NCBI GenBank assembly: GCA_016748015.1 | Contig: JAAOMT010000776.1 | Span: forward strand, 248,001 to 312,000 | Source of the DNA: Geosiphon pyriformis uo1 | Lineage: Eukaryota; Fungi; Glomeromycota | Direction of reading: 5' to 3' | DNA length: 64,000 nucleotides | In this document: in pieces, positions 40,044 through 54,032 of the stretch | How positions within the stretch are numbered: position 1 is the stretch's first letter | Layout: each line of letters begins with the position of its first letter | Translations under genes and position numbers: made by a program | Notes under the pieces: generated by a model | The model's database searches: none | Seen by the model: the letters and a program-made list of their open reading frames with translations, nothing else | What the model was told of the DNA's origin: nothing

Positions 40044-40758
40044 TATATATTAAGTTATAATTTTTTTTTATTTCTTAATTATAAAACTTCTTAAAACTTC
40101 AGATTATAAAAAATATGGTTGTTTTTTTATTTTTTTTCTAAAAATACTTTACAATTTTATAAAATTAATACTTATCAAAAATTAACAGAAAAATTATTAA
40201 TTAAATTAATAGATTGCTTTTACTTAATTAATTATTTTGTTATTTTAAATATTTTTTTTTGTGTAATATAATTAATAAAAGTATTAAAAAATATGTATTG
40301 TAAATAAAACAACAGAAATAAATATAATTGTTTATAATTAAAAAACAATAAACATTATATTTAGTAATATTTTAATCTTATTATAATATTTTAATACATA
40401 AAATAAGTTTAAATAATAAATATCTTTTTTTTTGTTATAGGTAAAAAAAGCTTATTATTTTCTATAAAAAAAATAACTGTTGTTTTATATTATTTAAATA
40501 AATAACAAAAAGTGTTTTTATATTTTTAATATTAAAAAAATATTTATGATTTTCTAATTATTATTAAAGCACAAATTTATTGGTATTTTTTTTATTAGTA
40601 TATTGTATTATAACTGTCTTTTTAAAAATAAGATCTTATTTTTAAAGAGTATATAAGATCATTTAAGCATAATAAAAGTTTTTTATTACAAGTTTTGAAT
40701 CAATTATTTGGCTTTAAAAATCAAGATAAGAATTATATTTATTAATTAGTAATGTTAT

Positions 40759-41495
40759 TGTTACAGATTGGAGTAACAAGCTAATGGATAGCAAGGAAGA
40801 ACAAAATTGTAGGGTGATGAAAATAATCAAAGAGAATTTAACTTCAAAGAGTGAATTGAATAAGTATGGATTCAATATGCAAGATCAGTCTTATAAAATA
40901 TCTCAGTCACTATTCTTTTCAAAAGGTAACTGGTAAATTTGAAGATAGAGAGATAGTCTATACTGTCAACAAATGATCACACTTGGTATAATTCTATATC
41001 TTATGTTGGCACTTTTAGAATTTAATATCAAGTATCAAATATGCTCTTCAGTCACATTTTATTCAATAATCTTTAAATGCTACACTTATATGTTTCAGGA
41101 AAAAGGATAAAAAATAACCAACAAGTAATTTTTTATTCCAAGATGTTCGGATACTTGAAGATAGGGAAAAGAAAATTAGTAATAAGAGAATAATTGAGAT
41201 GAAAGTTGTTATTTTATTTATTCTTAATTATTTTGAACATGCTTTTCTACAGCTAAGAGATTTATTGCTTATATAGTTATCAAAAGTGGTCAATGATTAA
41301 GTCAATGACTAGGTTAATGATCAGGTCAATAATCAAGTTAATAATCAGGTCAATGATTAGATCAATGGTTAAGTCAATAGTTAGGTCATTAATCAGGTCA
41401 ATAATTACTTTCTAAAAATAGAGTGGCTAATTTATGTGACATCAGTGGCTAATACATGTAATAATTAATAAGAAATATAAGTTTTAACTGTAACA
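40759..41495 (-). repeat. 3' LTR of copy H
   Basis: Direct repeat of 47429-48141; TGTTACAG termini. Confidence 0.93.
41288..41405. repeat. 12-bp tandem repeat (GGTCAATGATCA)n in the copy H LTR (also 47958-48052)
   Basis: About 10 units versus about 8 units in the two LTRs. Confidence 0.85.
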
Positions 41496-41499
41496 TTAT

Positions 41500-42100
41500 T
41501 CTCTCCAAAGAGATTAAGCTCTGGCAAAATCAAGCTATTTATGGGGTAATCTATCTAAAGAGTTTTATTTAATTCAAAACTAACTAGTCTGTTGAAGTCT
41601 TTTGTGGATAAGGTGTATAGAACTTGAGACGAAATGAGCTTTGTATCTAAGAGACCAAATCTTTGTATAAGAATTTTGGCTTTTTTTGCAATAGTCAAAA
41701 TTCTTGGGACATCTAATCATATAATGCCCAAAATTTCCACTTGTATTTCAGAAGTTGTTTTTTTTATGAGCTTTATGTCTTTTATGATTTCATTAAGGTG
41801 ATTATAGAGTTTTAATTGTCTTCCATATGACAAGTTTTTGTCTATGGGCAAGATTTCCTTAATCATTTTTCCAAGTGTCATGGAAGGTGTAAGTATTGCT
41901 GCTGTTATGCTTTCCAACAGATACTTATCCATTTTGCTACCAATTTTTCTCTTCTGGTAGTAGTTTTCTTAGGTCTAATAACAGTATGTATTTCACTGTT
42001 ATCAGTTATGGTGGTTTGTTTTTCAATAGTCAGAGTAGCATTTGGATAGTTTTTGATCTAATACTTATGAAGAGTATAAAAGACATTTTGAATGTTTTAA
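41500..42100 (-). pseudogene. ORF3-position reading frame of copy H (start uncertain)
   Basis: ORF 41717-41932 continues past one stop (TIAKKAKILIQRFGLLDTKLISSQVLYTLSTKDFNRL) toward the PPT. Confidence 0.5.
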
Positions 42101-45100
42101 TCCAAAAAATAATTGTTCATGTCGATTGAAAATACCTCTGTTTTGGAAATGGTGCATTTATTTATACTTAATTTTTGCTGATTATTTGGGTCAGTATTAC
42201 CACAATAGGCAACCAATTAGGTCGTTTATGATATTTCTTGAGTCATATATTATGAACAGAACAATCATTAAAGATTGTTTTGGATTGATTTTGAAAAATA
42301 TAAGAACTATTGTTTAAAACTTTGTTGACTATAAAGAGTCCTTTCCATCAGCTAAAAAATTTATTACCATAAACATTGTCTCTGTCTGAATAGTATTCTA
42401 GTACCAAGTCACCAACACTTAAAGAAAACGTTTTATAAGTTTTTTTTTTCTTAAGCTTTTCTTGGAACTGTTTTATCTTTTCAAAAGCAATTATTTGTGC
42501 TTCTACCAAGGAGTCAAGGATGGTACTAAGTCTTATTTGCAAAATGTTTTTGTAATTTCTTATTGTAATTTCTTCAAAGAGTATTGTTTCAATATCAGTT
42601 TCTATTAGTAGTGTTGCCATGCATCCATAAAGCAGATAAAAAAGTTCATAACTTGTTATATCATAATTCACAGTTCTATAAGCAAACAAAGCTAAAGGCA
42701 GTACTTTGTCTTATAAGTTTGTTTCTTTACTGGTTTTGGCTAGAGTTTTACATAGTGTTTTGTTAAAACATTCCACTAGACTATTTGTTTGAGAGTAATA
42801 AGAAGAGAAGAGTTTATAACATATTCTTTTTTTTCTACAAAGTTCTTTAACCAGTATACTGAAAAAAACTTTTCTTCTATTAGATAAAAGTTCTTTAGGA
42901 CAGCCATAATAGCAGATGATATCTTTATAAATGAAATTAGCTATTGAGACTGCTGTTTGGTTTGGAGTGGCTCTTGCTTCTATCCACTTTGTAAGATAGT
43001 TGGTAGCTGTAATAATATATTTGTTGCCATCAGGAGTTATTGTTAAAGATTCAACAACATTTATACCAATTCTGTCAAATAGTTAACCAACAGAGATTGG
43101 ATGGATATCTTCTTTGTGATTGGGTTTGTCTTTTCTTTGGCAAATGTTACAGGTTTTGATGTATTCAGCAATGTTTTTTTCCAAGATAGGCCAATAATAG
43201 TGAGCTAAAGTTTTCTGAATTGTCTTTGTTTTTCCAAAGTGTTTAGCTAATGGGTCAGTGTGCATGTTGTATATTACAATTTCTTTTTTTTCAAATCTGA
43301 TAACTCTGGCTTGATAATCTGTTACCACTAAGAATTTTGCACCAAGAAGATATTGATACCAATAACTAGTAACCCAAATTACTGCTAAGCATTCCTGTTC
43401 AGTAATTGAATAGTTTTTTTCTGCTGGTGTAAGGGATCTATTGGCATATGTTATAGCATATTCTCTGCTATTTTCATCTTTCTGTGAAAGAACAGCACCA
43501 AGTCTATAACCAGATGCATTAGTGTGGAGAATAAAAGATTGGTCCAAATTAGGTTGCTTGAGAATTGGTTCAGTAACAAGTTTTTCTTTTAGAATTTCAA
43601 AAGCTTTTTGTTGATGAGTTTTTCAGTGATAATTGACATTTTTCCTAAGTAGCTGATTAAAAAGAAAGGTGATTTTGGAGAAATCCTTAATAAATTTTCG
43701 GTAGTAAGAGGCCAAACCAAGAAAAAAGTGTAATTCAGGAACATTCATTGGTTGTCTAATGTTCTGGACTTTTTTAATTTTAGCTGGGTCAGGGAAGATT
43801 CTATCTTTTGTAATAAGATGACCAAAGAACTGGGTGGATTGGTGTTCAAAGAAAGATTTAATTAGGTTGATCTTAAGACCAGTATTTCTAAGCAGGTCAA
43901 AAACCTTTTGTAAATGTTCAAGGTGTTCATTTCAGGTTTTTGAGTAAACTATTATGTTATCTAAGTAGACCAAAACAAAGTTTCTTTTTACTGATTCAAA
44001 TACTTTGTCTATTAGGCATTGAAAGATAGAAAGGGCATTAGTAAAACCAAAAAGCATAACTGTAAATTCATAGGTGCCATACTTGGTAATGAAGGCAGTT
44101 TTCTTTCTGCTTTCTGGATCCATCTCTACTTGTCAGAATCCAGCAGTTAAGTTAATGGTTAAGAAAAAAGCAGCACCATTGAATTTATCTAGCATTGCAT
44201 CAATTTTGGGGAGTAAATATATGTCTCTTACAGTGATGGTATTTAATTGGCAGTAGTCAACACAGAAGCATAGGGTTCCATCTTTCTTGGATATCACTAC
44301 AACTGGAAAAGCTCATTCACTCTTGGTTTCTTGTATAAATCCAAGATTTTTCATCTGGTTTATCTTTTTTTTGATAAACTCATCATTATGTTGATTGGAT
44401 TAATAAGCTTCAAATGAATAGGATGAGTTTCTTTGGTGGTAATAGTGTGTTGTATCACATAAGTTCGTCCAGAAATGTTACTTTCTTTTGAAATAACTGG
44501 GTTATTTCTACCCAACAGATTTTCAATGTCTATTTTTCTTTCTTCAGGAGAAGGTTTTCTTTGTTCTACAACTAGTGATTGGATTTCAGATGGTTTATTC
44601 TCAAAAGACTTTTGTACTTCTTTAAGTTCTTTTCAAGGTATTAAGCTAATTGGTTCTCAATCTTTGTCAGGATTTGCATTATCACTAGGGGAATACAAAG
44701 ATTTATTATACCAGCACCTAGCACAAGAACTATGCCACCAATAGCTGTATTTGGCTTTCTTGCCAGGTTTTCTATCAAAGGTTCTACTGAGGATGTCATA
44801 GAAGGGTCAGCAGATTAGTTTGCTATTTATTATGATTTCTTTTTTGTTAGCTTTAATATTGTCTAGTGGCTTGTCATTGCTAATAAAGATGGTATAAACA
44901 AGTTCAGCAGTTTCTTCTGGTTCTTCTTGATCTTCATTATTACTCTCATCATCATCTGATTCATCTGATTGTTCTTTTTCTTGGTTCTGTGTTGTTGCTG
45001 GAGGAGTTGTCCAATAACAGCATTTAACCATAATGGGTTTCTCACTACATCTGATGGTTAGCTCACAAAGTTCATAGTTAAGTAGTGCTTTGGCTTTTTT

Positions 45101-47428
45101 AAACCACTTATTATCAACAATGATAGTATACTCTTTTGCTTTAGATACTTCTATGTCTGTTTCAATGCTGATATCATTGATGTAAACAGGAATAGCTTTG
45201 GTTATGCCCAGGTCTTTCTTCTTGTTATCATGTATATTGGTCATTGGTCTTGTGAAAGACTCATCAATATTTCTGCCAATTGCTTCAAGAAAGTGTTTGG
45301 CAATTACACTAACAGATAATCTACTGTCTAGAATCAGATCAATAAAGTAACCAGCCACTTGGGCTTTACAAATCAGAGGGGTAATATTGTTGTTATCAGT
45401 AAGTCCAGCTTGGTGAGGGTGTTTGTTGGTCTTTGGTGTCTTCTTTTTTGGTATTAATGATTTGTAAAGATCTTTTTTGAACTGTAGATGGGTCATTAGT
45501 TGGCCAAATGTAATGTGTACTGGGGTTTCCATAAGATTTTTAACAACAGAATAGGAGCCAAATTTTTGTACTATTTCTGGAGGTTCCAACTTTGGAGAAT
45601 TTTTAAAAACTTTAGCCTTTGGTGGCTTATTGTTGTCAACAGTGGAAGTTGAGGCTTTGTTGAGATCTAAAACAAAATTAACCTTGGCTTTCTTCTTCTT
45701 TCTTGTTAAGTTAGAAGTATTAATTGTGAGTTCATCCATATTATGGTTATCATTAGTTAGATTAAAGATGTAAAAAAGATTTTTTTCTGGTTGGCTTGCA
45801 TTCTCACCCTTTGGAGATACACCTACCAGTTTAAAGACTAATAAACAGTAGCTTCAACTAAGAGATCCTCTTCAAAGAAATTGATGTTGGCATGATTGGG
45901 TCTTTGATTGGGAACATTATTATTGTTGAGTCTGTTATTCTGGATGTTATTATTTCTAAGAACTGGAGAGGGCAATGGGAGATTGTTGTAGTCTCTAAAA
46001 AAGTGTTCAGTTAGTCCACAGTAATAGCACACAGGTGGGCCACAATTTTGTTGTCTTTGATATGGTGGTTGTTAGGACTGATTGAAGCAGGGTTCAAATC
46101 TGGGTCTTTGGGGTTGCTGATTGTCTCTGACTGCTTGGGTTAATGATTCTAATAGCCAAGCAAGGTTAGCAGTAAGTCTGTCTATTAATTGTTCATTGGA
46201 GTCTTGAGTGTGAGTGGCAAAAAAAGTAGCAGCTATTTGTAAAGCTGAAACCATGGCAGGAGCAGGAGCAAAAACTGGAACAGTAGATCTTAGGTGCATT
46301 CTTTGGTTGTCTTCTATTCTCTGGGCAAGTTTAATGGCTATATCTATTGTGGGATTATTTTTCAGAACCAAGAGGGGCCAAAGAGCATATAAGAGATCAG
46401 TTCTCAATTCTTTTGTGAAGGAATGAATTTTTTGCTCTTCTGTTTAATTTCTACCAGAGTCTACATACTTAATTAGTTTTCTAATAACTTTAGCATATTC
46501 AGTTACTATTTCTCCTGGGTTTTGGGTTCTTCTTTCCAATTCCATGCGCCATTTAGATATCAAGATAGGAGTTCTAAATTTTGTTTCAAACCGGGTAGTA
46601 AAAGAGGTGTTATCTTCTTCAGTATTTGCTGGTGTTCATTTAATGATTCTTTGCTGAGCATTGGCATTGGTTTCTTGTGAAAACCAAGTAGCAAAAGAGC
46701 CTTGAAGATAGCCACCAACAATTTGGAACTTGTATTCATTATCATATTGGTTTGCTGTAGCAGCTCTCTCAAAATCATCCAGCTATTCAATTGGATCTTA
46801 GGTATTATCTCTGAATAATAGTAATGGGGTGTTGTTTTTTCGTCCTAATGCAGTCTGTATACCTTGGAGAGCAATCAAAATGTTTTGTCGCAGAAGGTCT
46901 TAAGCCATTGGTTTAGGTATAACTGTTTGTGTAGAGTGTTCTGATTTACTTGAAAAGAGATCAAAAATAGAAGCAGTTTAATAGCTTTCTTCTTCTGTTT
47001 CAAAGAGAGTTTCAGTTAATTGATGAGCAGTAATTCAAGTATGGATTTGATAATTCAGATATTCAAAATTAGGAGGCTGTTATTCAAAGGTTGTGGAATA
47101 TAAAAGTTGATTAATACTGTTGTTTTTTTCTTCAAAGTTGTTTTCAAAATAAGCTTGATCAAAGTAATAGGTTGTATAAGCTGTGTAAGTTTCAGCTGAA
47201 TGCTTGTTCAGGAATCAGTTCTAAAAGTCTTGGAATTGTCTGCTAGATTGTTTTTTAATGGAAAAGCAAATCAAACAGGAGGGCAAAGAATTGAGTTCAA
47301 TAAAGTCTAGATCATTTTTGTTATGTGCTTTAAAGTATTCTTCTGATTATTGTGGCAAATATGAATAATTACTTATACAATAAAAAACAAAGTGGATTTT
47401 AACAATCTCATAGGGAGCACCACTTTTA

Positions 47429-48141
47429 TGTTATGGGTTGAAGTAACAAGCTAACAGATAGCAAGAGAGAACAAGATTGTAGGATAATGGAAATAATCAA
47501 AGAAAATTCAACTTCAAAGAGCGAATTAAATAAGTATGGATTCAATATGCAAGATCAGTCTCATAAAATATCTTAGTTGCTATTCTTTTCAAAAAGTAAT
47601 TAGGAAATTTGAAGGTAAAAAAATAGTCCATACTGTTAACAAATGATCACACTTGGTATAATTCTATGTCTTATGTTGACACTCTTAGAATTCAATATCA
47701 AGTATTAGATGTGCTCTTCAGTCATATTTTATTCAATAATCTTTAAATGCTATACTTATACATTTTAGGAAAAAGGGTAAAAAATAACCAACAAGTAATT
47801 TTTTATTCCAAGATGTTCAAATACTTGAAGGTAGGGAAAGAAAAATTAGCAATAAAAAAATGATTGAGATGAAAGTTGTTATTTTATTTATTTTTGATTA
47901 TTTTGAACATGCTTTTCTACAGCTAAGAGATTTATTGCTTATATAGTTATCAAAAGTAGTCAATGATCAAGTCAATGATTAGGTCAATGATCAGATCAAC
48001 AGTCAAGTCAATGGTTAAATCAATGATCAAGTCATTGATTAGATCAATGATCACTTTCTAAAAATAGAGTGGCTAATTTATATAACATCAGTAGCTAATA
48101 CATGTAATAATTAATAAGAAGTATAAGTTTCAACTGTAACA
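47429..48141 (-). repeat. 5' LTR of copy H
   Basis: Adjacent to the PBS; matches the 3' LTR. Confidence 0.93.
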
Positions 48142-48939
48142 TTATTTTAGCAAGTTTTTAAGAAGTATTTTTATATTATGTTTATTTAAATTATATACTA
48201 ATTAATTAAAAATATATATTTTAATTAAAAGATAATTAAAATCAAATACATAAAATATTTTACAATATATAAAAATGTTTTTTATATAATAAAAATTTTT
48301 GTTTAAATTTTTATTAATTAAAAAGATTCAAATATGTTTAATTTGTTCATTAGTTTTTAATATTTTATTAAAATAAATATCTTATATTAATAAATTTAAG
48401 TTATTTATATAAATAACAAAACTTGTATTAATTTTATATTATAGATAATAATTAATTATTATAAAAAATATTATTTATATTACTTAAATTTATTAATAAA
48501 TTTATTAATAAAATCAACTTTTATTATATATTAATTGAAAAATTATAATTTAATAATATAATTAGCTCTTAAAAATTTTACATAATCTGAAAAAAATTTT
48601 CAACTGCAAAAATACCAAAAATATTTTGGTTTTATTGTTTTGTAAAATAATTACAGATTGAATAAAAATAAGACAATAAATTATTTAGCTCTTTTTATTA
48701 AAGCAAAACAATAATATTTATTAAAGTGTTTTTTATTTTATTTTGTAAAGCAGAAACAATTACAATATTGGTTGAATAGTAGTGATTTTTGTTAATATTG
48801 TAGTTAATTAATATAATAATAAATAATTATTCAAAGTAATATTGTTATTAACCAAAATTTAAGAGCTTATTTAACATAAAATTATTCTTATAATTTTTAT
48901 CATTAATTAACATATATTATTATTTTAAAAAAATAAAAA

Positions 48940-51900
48940 CTTCTTTCTTTTCTTTGTCCAAATTCCCAAAAAAGAGTCAAAAAGTTTTTTGAAAGAAGTT
49001 TTTTACTATTCAGTATGATAAATCTAAACTTTTTTGCTTGATTATGAAACCATTGTTGGCCTTAATATTGCTGTTATAAAAAAAGACTATTAAAAATTCT
49101 GGTTTAGCTAAGAGTTTTAAACCTGTGCTGTTAAGAAAGAAGAAGAGAGGTAGTATTTTAAAAGATAATATTAAGACTAAAAAGATTCCTGCTAGAGTGT
49201 TTAGTAATCATTCTTGGGGTTTAAAAGCTAGTAATACCATTGAATCTAATAGTGTTGATATAGAAAAAAAGTGTTTAATTAAGAAAACCAGTTTTGATTA
49301 TGGTAGTGAAGCCATTTTTAATAGCAAAAATACCAACTAGATGCCAAAAGGCTCTTGTGTTAAAACCAAAAAGACATTGGAAAAACCATTAGGCAAAATA
49401 AATTTTCTAAGTAATAATAATAATGATAATATTTTATTAAATGTTCTGATTATGCTTTCTTTTTTCTTAAAGAATCTGGTTGTTATTCTCATTAAAAAGT
49501 TCTTCATTTTGGATATTAATTTAGATAGAGTGTCTGAAAAATTTTTTCAAGACAAGCTTGCAGTAGTTAAAAAATTATTTTCAAAAGTCAATGGTTTTGG
49601 GAAAACCTCTATTTTTTCAAAATTTGCTGGAATTATCAAAGTAATATTTACTTCTGAATCAAGCTTGGCTTAAGCTTCTGATATGGCAAAGATAACAAAA
49701 ATTTTAGTAAACATTAATCTTAAAAAATTTGCTGAGCATTTAGATTGAACTGTGATTGTAAAGAAAATTCCAATTGGAATGTCAATTGAGGCATGCATAC
49801 TGTACTTTCTAAATTTGGATTAATTAAGTTGATCAAAATGCAATTAGTAGGATTGTGACAAAAAGCTGTGGTTAAATTCAATGAAGTAGATCATGCTAAT
49901 TTGGTTACAGCAAAAGTAGTATACTCTAATTGGAAAAGATGCAGTTCATGTAGCTAAGGCTAACAAAAACAAGAAATCTTGAGATTTCAGAGATAATTAT
50001 AGGGCACTGTTCTATATATTGTCAATAGGGACAAATGCCCATAACATCTGAAATTTTATTGAGTCTGTGGATGAAAAAACATGTGTTATCAATAAACATT
50101 CAGTTACATATGCATGGACAAGATGTGCAATTGTTTGTTTTGATTCAGCTAAGTTATTAAATACTGTTATAAGAACCACATCTGTTTTGAAAAATGCCAA
50201 GTTGTGCTGGTCTTATTTGAGTTCAATAAAGTGTGCTAAGTATAGAAAAGTGTGTCATATTTTATTGGGTTGTTTTGTAAATGGGAAGGCTTTTTTTGGT
50301 AACTCATTTTGTAGAGTGCTGTTAGAGAATGATAAAAGCAGACTGGTATTTATCTATACTAAACATTTAGTACTAATTGCTTGTTTTGTTTCTTTTGGTG
50401 GTGTTTTTTAGACCAAGATTGTTGGTGGGTCTTTTTTTTTTCTTTTTCTGTATGAAATGACTTGGTTGATTCTAATTCTTTTTCAGAAGTAAAACCTATT
50501 TTACTGGAGTCTATAAAATTAAATGATAGGTTTGCCACTCTTGAGCATAGTCTTGCCAGTCTTATAAAATGTGCTAATAAGTTGGTTAAGAGATTAAACA
50601 CACTTAAGCCAATGATTTTTTAGTCTAGTTTTAAATGTTAGCTATTGATAACCTCTTCATCACAGAATCAAGGGACAAATATAGTGATAGATAAGAGTTC
50701 AGGTGTGGCTACTAGTGGTAAAATTATTGCAAGAGTGGTGGTTTTTGATTTATTGATTATTTCAAAATTGGAAGACACTTTAAACAATCTGTCAGTTACA
50801 GTTATGGATCTATTAGCCAAAGTAGACAATACTGGTTTGGTTTCTGTTGCTCATTTTTCTCAATAATAGATCTGGTATAAAAATTTGTTATATGTAATGT
50901 TCAGAGTTTCAATGTCCTTATTAAGCAGAAAAACATTGTTTGTTGGTATAAAAAATCAGAAAATATGATTTCTATTATTATAAAAACAAAGTTAAGATTT
51001 GGTGTTAGACTATAAATTATGAACAAGTTTGATAAGATAAGAATATTTTTGTTTGGCTTGAATAAAGAATTTCTTGGTACTGAAATAGTAGTTATTATAA
51101 ACAATTCTCTTGTGTGTTATGTTTCTAAAGTTGAGAAAATTCTTGGTCATCTTGTTTTAGTTTGGCTCTTTTTCAAAAGCAAACTGTTGGTTGTGGTTTT
51201 AGGTTTATATGCTGGTGCTTCTATTAAGGCCATATTTAGTCAGGCTTTAAAAATCAACTTTTTTATTGCTAGAGCTGTTAATTTCTCCATATTTACAATT
51301 TTAAATAAAGATTTTAATGAAAATGAATCTAAGAAAAATGTGAGTTTTAAGTTCTGCTTAGATTTAGGCTTAGTTAATTCTTTTAATAAGCATTTGCTGA
51401 TTAAAGCTTCTATTTAGAACAATTCAAATGGTGCCAAGAAGATCATTGATTATATCTTTATAAGTAAAAGTTTGTTGTCTGTGTTGGCCAGTTATAAGAT
51501 TGTTTTTGTTTCTAGATTTTTTGATATGGATCACAATACTGTTTTGGTTTCAGTTGGTTTGGGTGGTTTCTTGAATGCTTGTTTTAACAGTAATTATAAA
51601 CAGGTTAATAAAAATAAATAGAAGTTTAGAATTAAGAATGTAGACATCAATAAGTGATTACAATTTAAAGAGTGTTTATTAAGCAGATTCTTGAAGAAGT
51701 TAGATGTATTTAATAGTACAAGGGATGATAAAGATTTGGATACTATGTAAGAAACTCTTAAGAAAATGGTAGTAAGCTTTGTTGATGAAATATTTTTTAG
51801 GTTCTGGTTCAGCAAATTTGAATGTTTAAGGAATAAGCAGTTATTAAAATTCTTTAAGTTGGAATTGTTAATGACCAAGATAGTGAAGTGTTTGAGTTTA

Positions 51901-54032
51901 GGTCAAGAGTCAGAAGCTGATCACTTTTTTGATACATGATCTACTGTTAATGATAAAAAGACTTCCAAAGTGTGCATTATGTTTGATAATAGTAAGAGCA
52001 AAGAAAGTATTCTGTATTACTTAGCAAGAGTCAAAAAAATGTACCATAGATCCAAGTATTACAAATTTAAGATTACCAGAGATATTTTCATCAGAAAGGC
52101 AATAGACAAATATATGAAGAGTTTTTGTTCTAATAAAAAACATATGATCAAAAGTGTCTTGAAATAACTATTTCAGAAAATGGTATTTAATCATCTAATA
52201 GTAAATAATAATTTAATTCTAGTACCTAGTAAGATTAAGTCTGCTATTAACATTATTATAGAAGGGTGAATGAGAAAATGTGTTGTCCTTAATTCTCTGC
52301 CTGCTTATTGGTCTAATCAATATGTTCTTTTGAACTATGTTAATAATAATGCATTTTCAAATATTATGTATAATATCAAGTCTGATGAGTTTTTCCTGGT
52401 GGTTAAGAAAATAAAAAAGCTGCTGATGTTTTTGGTATTCCTAACAAACTTTGGAAGCATAAAAATGCTTAGGTTCTAAGTGGTTTGTTGGACATTCTTA
52501 ATATATGCTTAGTGTTAAATATAGTATTTATACAGTAAAGACAGATTTGGGTTTCTATAATACCAAAATCTTATGACTGAGAAGAGACTCTTATTAATAC
52601 TAGGTCTATAGCATTGATTAAGACAACTCAAAAAATATTGTCTAAAATCCTGTCTGACAAAATATCTCTGGCCTACAGTAAATTTGGAGTCTTACATAGT
52701 AATAATTTTTTAGTCTTAAAAAATACATTCACTCAAACTCCAATTTTTGCTATTGGTTCAATAATTGAAAATGCACTGGAGAAGAACAGAAAGCTGTAAT
52801 TAGTTTTCTAAGATATGTGGAAAGCTTATGATTTAGTTAAATAGTTTCATTTGCAGAACAGCTTAGCTAAGATTAAGATGTGTCTCTATTTTATAGATTT
52901 TTTTAGAAGTATACACAATAATCAAACCAATTAAATAATAATAAATTTTGAGCTCTCTAGTGAATACACTGTTTATGATGGCTTAAATCAAGAGAAAGTC
53001 TTTTTGCCACTGTTGTAAAGAATTTTTTATAATTCTTTGCTTTGTAAAGTCAAGAGACATAAACAATTGCATAGTTACAGACTGAGCTCAAAGTTTTTCA
53101 CAAAAACTAACAAAATTGATCCTAGGAGTGACAAAGTTTTTTTCTTTGCAGCTGGTGCCTTTGTTAATGATACTATTTGGATTGAAAATTGTATAGTAGC
53201 TGCACAATATATTTTAAACATTACAAGTAAGTTTTTTTTGATTAATAATATCTTAATCAATACAGACAAAACAGTTGCTATTTCTATTAACCAAGAAGCC
53301 AAAGAAGCTTTGTTGTCTATTAGTGGCTTTAATATCTTCATAGCCAAAAAGCATGAGTCTTATTGATATTTGAGAATTTTTTTCTCAACAGATGGCCTGT
53401 CTAAGCCAAGCTTAGCCAAAGCTCATTTAGATGTCAAATTTTTTTCTAATGTGGTTTTAAGGAAGGCCATTACTGAAAAGCAGTTTTTATATTTGGTTTT
53501 TGCTGTTTTACAGCTCATAATTAGCTATAGGCTGTAGTTCAATTGTGTTTCAAAAAGTGTGTGTAAAAAGTGAGACAAAATGTTGAGAAAAAGATTAAAG
53601 CTCAAAGCCAATCTGCCCAAGGATTTTCTGAATGAAGCTTTGTATTATCTTAAATTATATGGTTTAAAAACTTTTGAACAAGTGCTAACTGAAAACCTGT
53701 TGGCTGGTTTGGTTAATTTTACTAACACTAATGAAATCCTTAGCAAGCTATTTGAGCACAGAATTATAGAGTTGCAGACCACTAGCTGAATTTTCTGGTA
53801 CTCTCTTTAAGTTCTGGTCAAGTTGTTAATTGATTCAATGAATTGTTTTTTGACTGGTATAATATATGCTCTCAATTTGTGCAACCTGTTTTTGGGTGGT
53901 AATCTGTCTGATGTTTTTTGGGCTAAGAATAGAATTGCAGTTCTAGATGTGTTAGACTTAGAGTCTTATTTGGGTGTAATGAAGTTTTTTAAAAAGTATA
54001 GTATTATGTTTGTAAACCAGCTTCTAGATCAT
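48940..54032 (+). mobile_element. Non-LTR retrotransposon (LINE), degenerate: ORF1 ~49045-50866, ORF2 (APE endonuclease and RT) ~50870-54032; interrupted by copy F
   Basis: Endonuclease remnants CNVQS, KDFNE, IDYIF, MDH; RT remnants DMWKAYD, GLNQEKVFLPLL, AFVND (from AFVDD), YLRI. 5' boundary approximate. Confidence 0.85.

Larger units (their letters stand above)
40759..48141 (-). mobile_element. Ty3/Gypsy copy H (second family, no dUTPase), both LTRs present, TSD TTAT
   Basis: LTRs 40759-41495 and 47429-48141; PBS TGGTGCTCCCTATGAG 47407-47422; knuckle CYYCGLTEH; protease LILDSR; RT YLDN; RNase H; integrase ~42168-43300; PPT at 41496-41511. Confidence 0.93.

Noticed and set aside
48142-48930. 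Extremely AT-rich spacers (also 38164-38690 and 40046-40758)
   Set aside because: No recognisable ORF, termini or RNA structure; probably fully decayed repeats.
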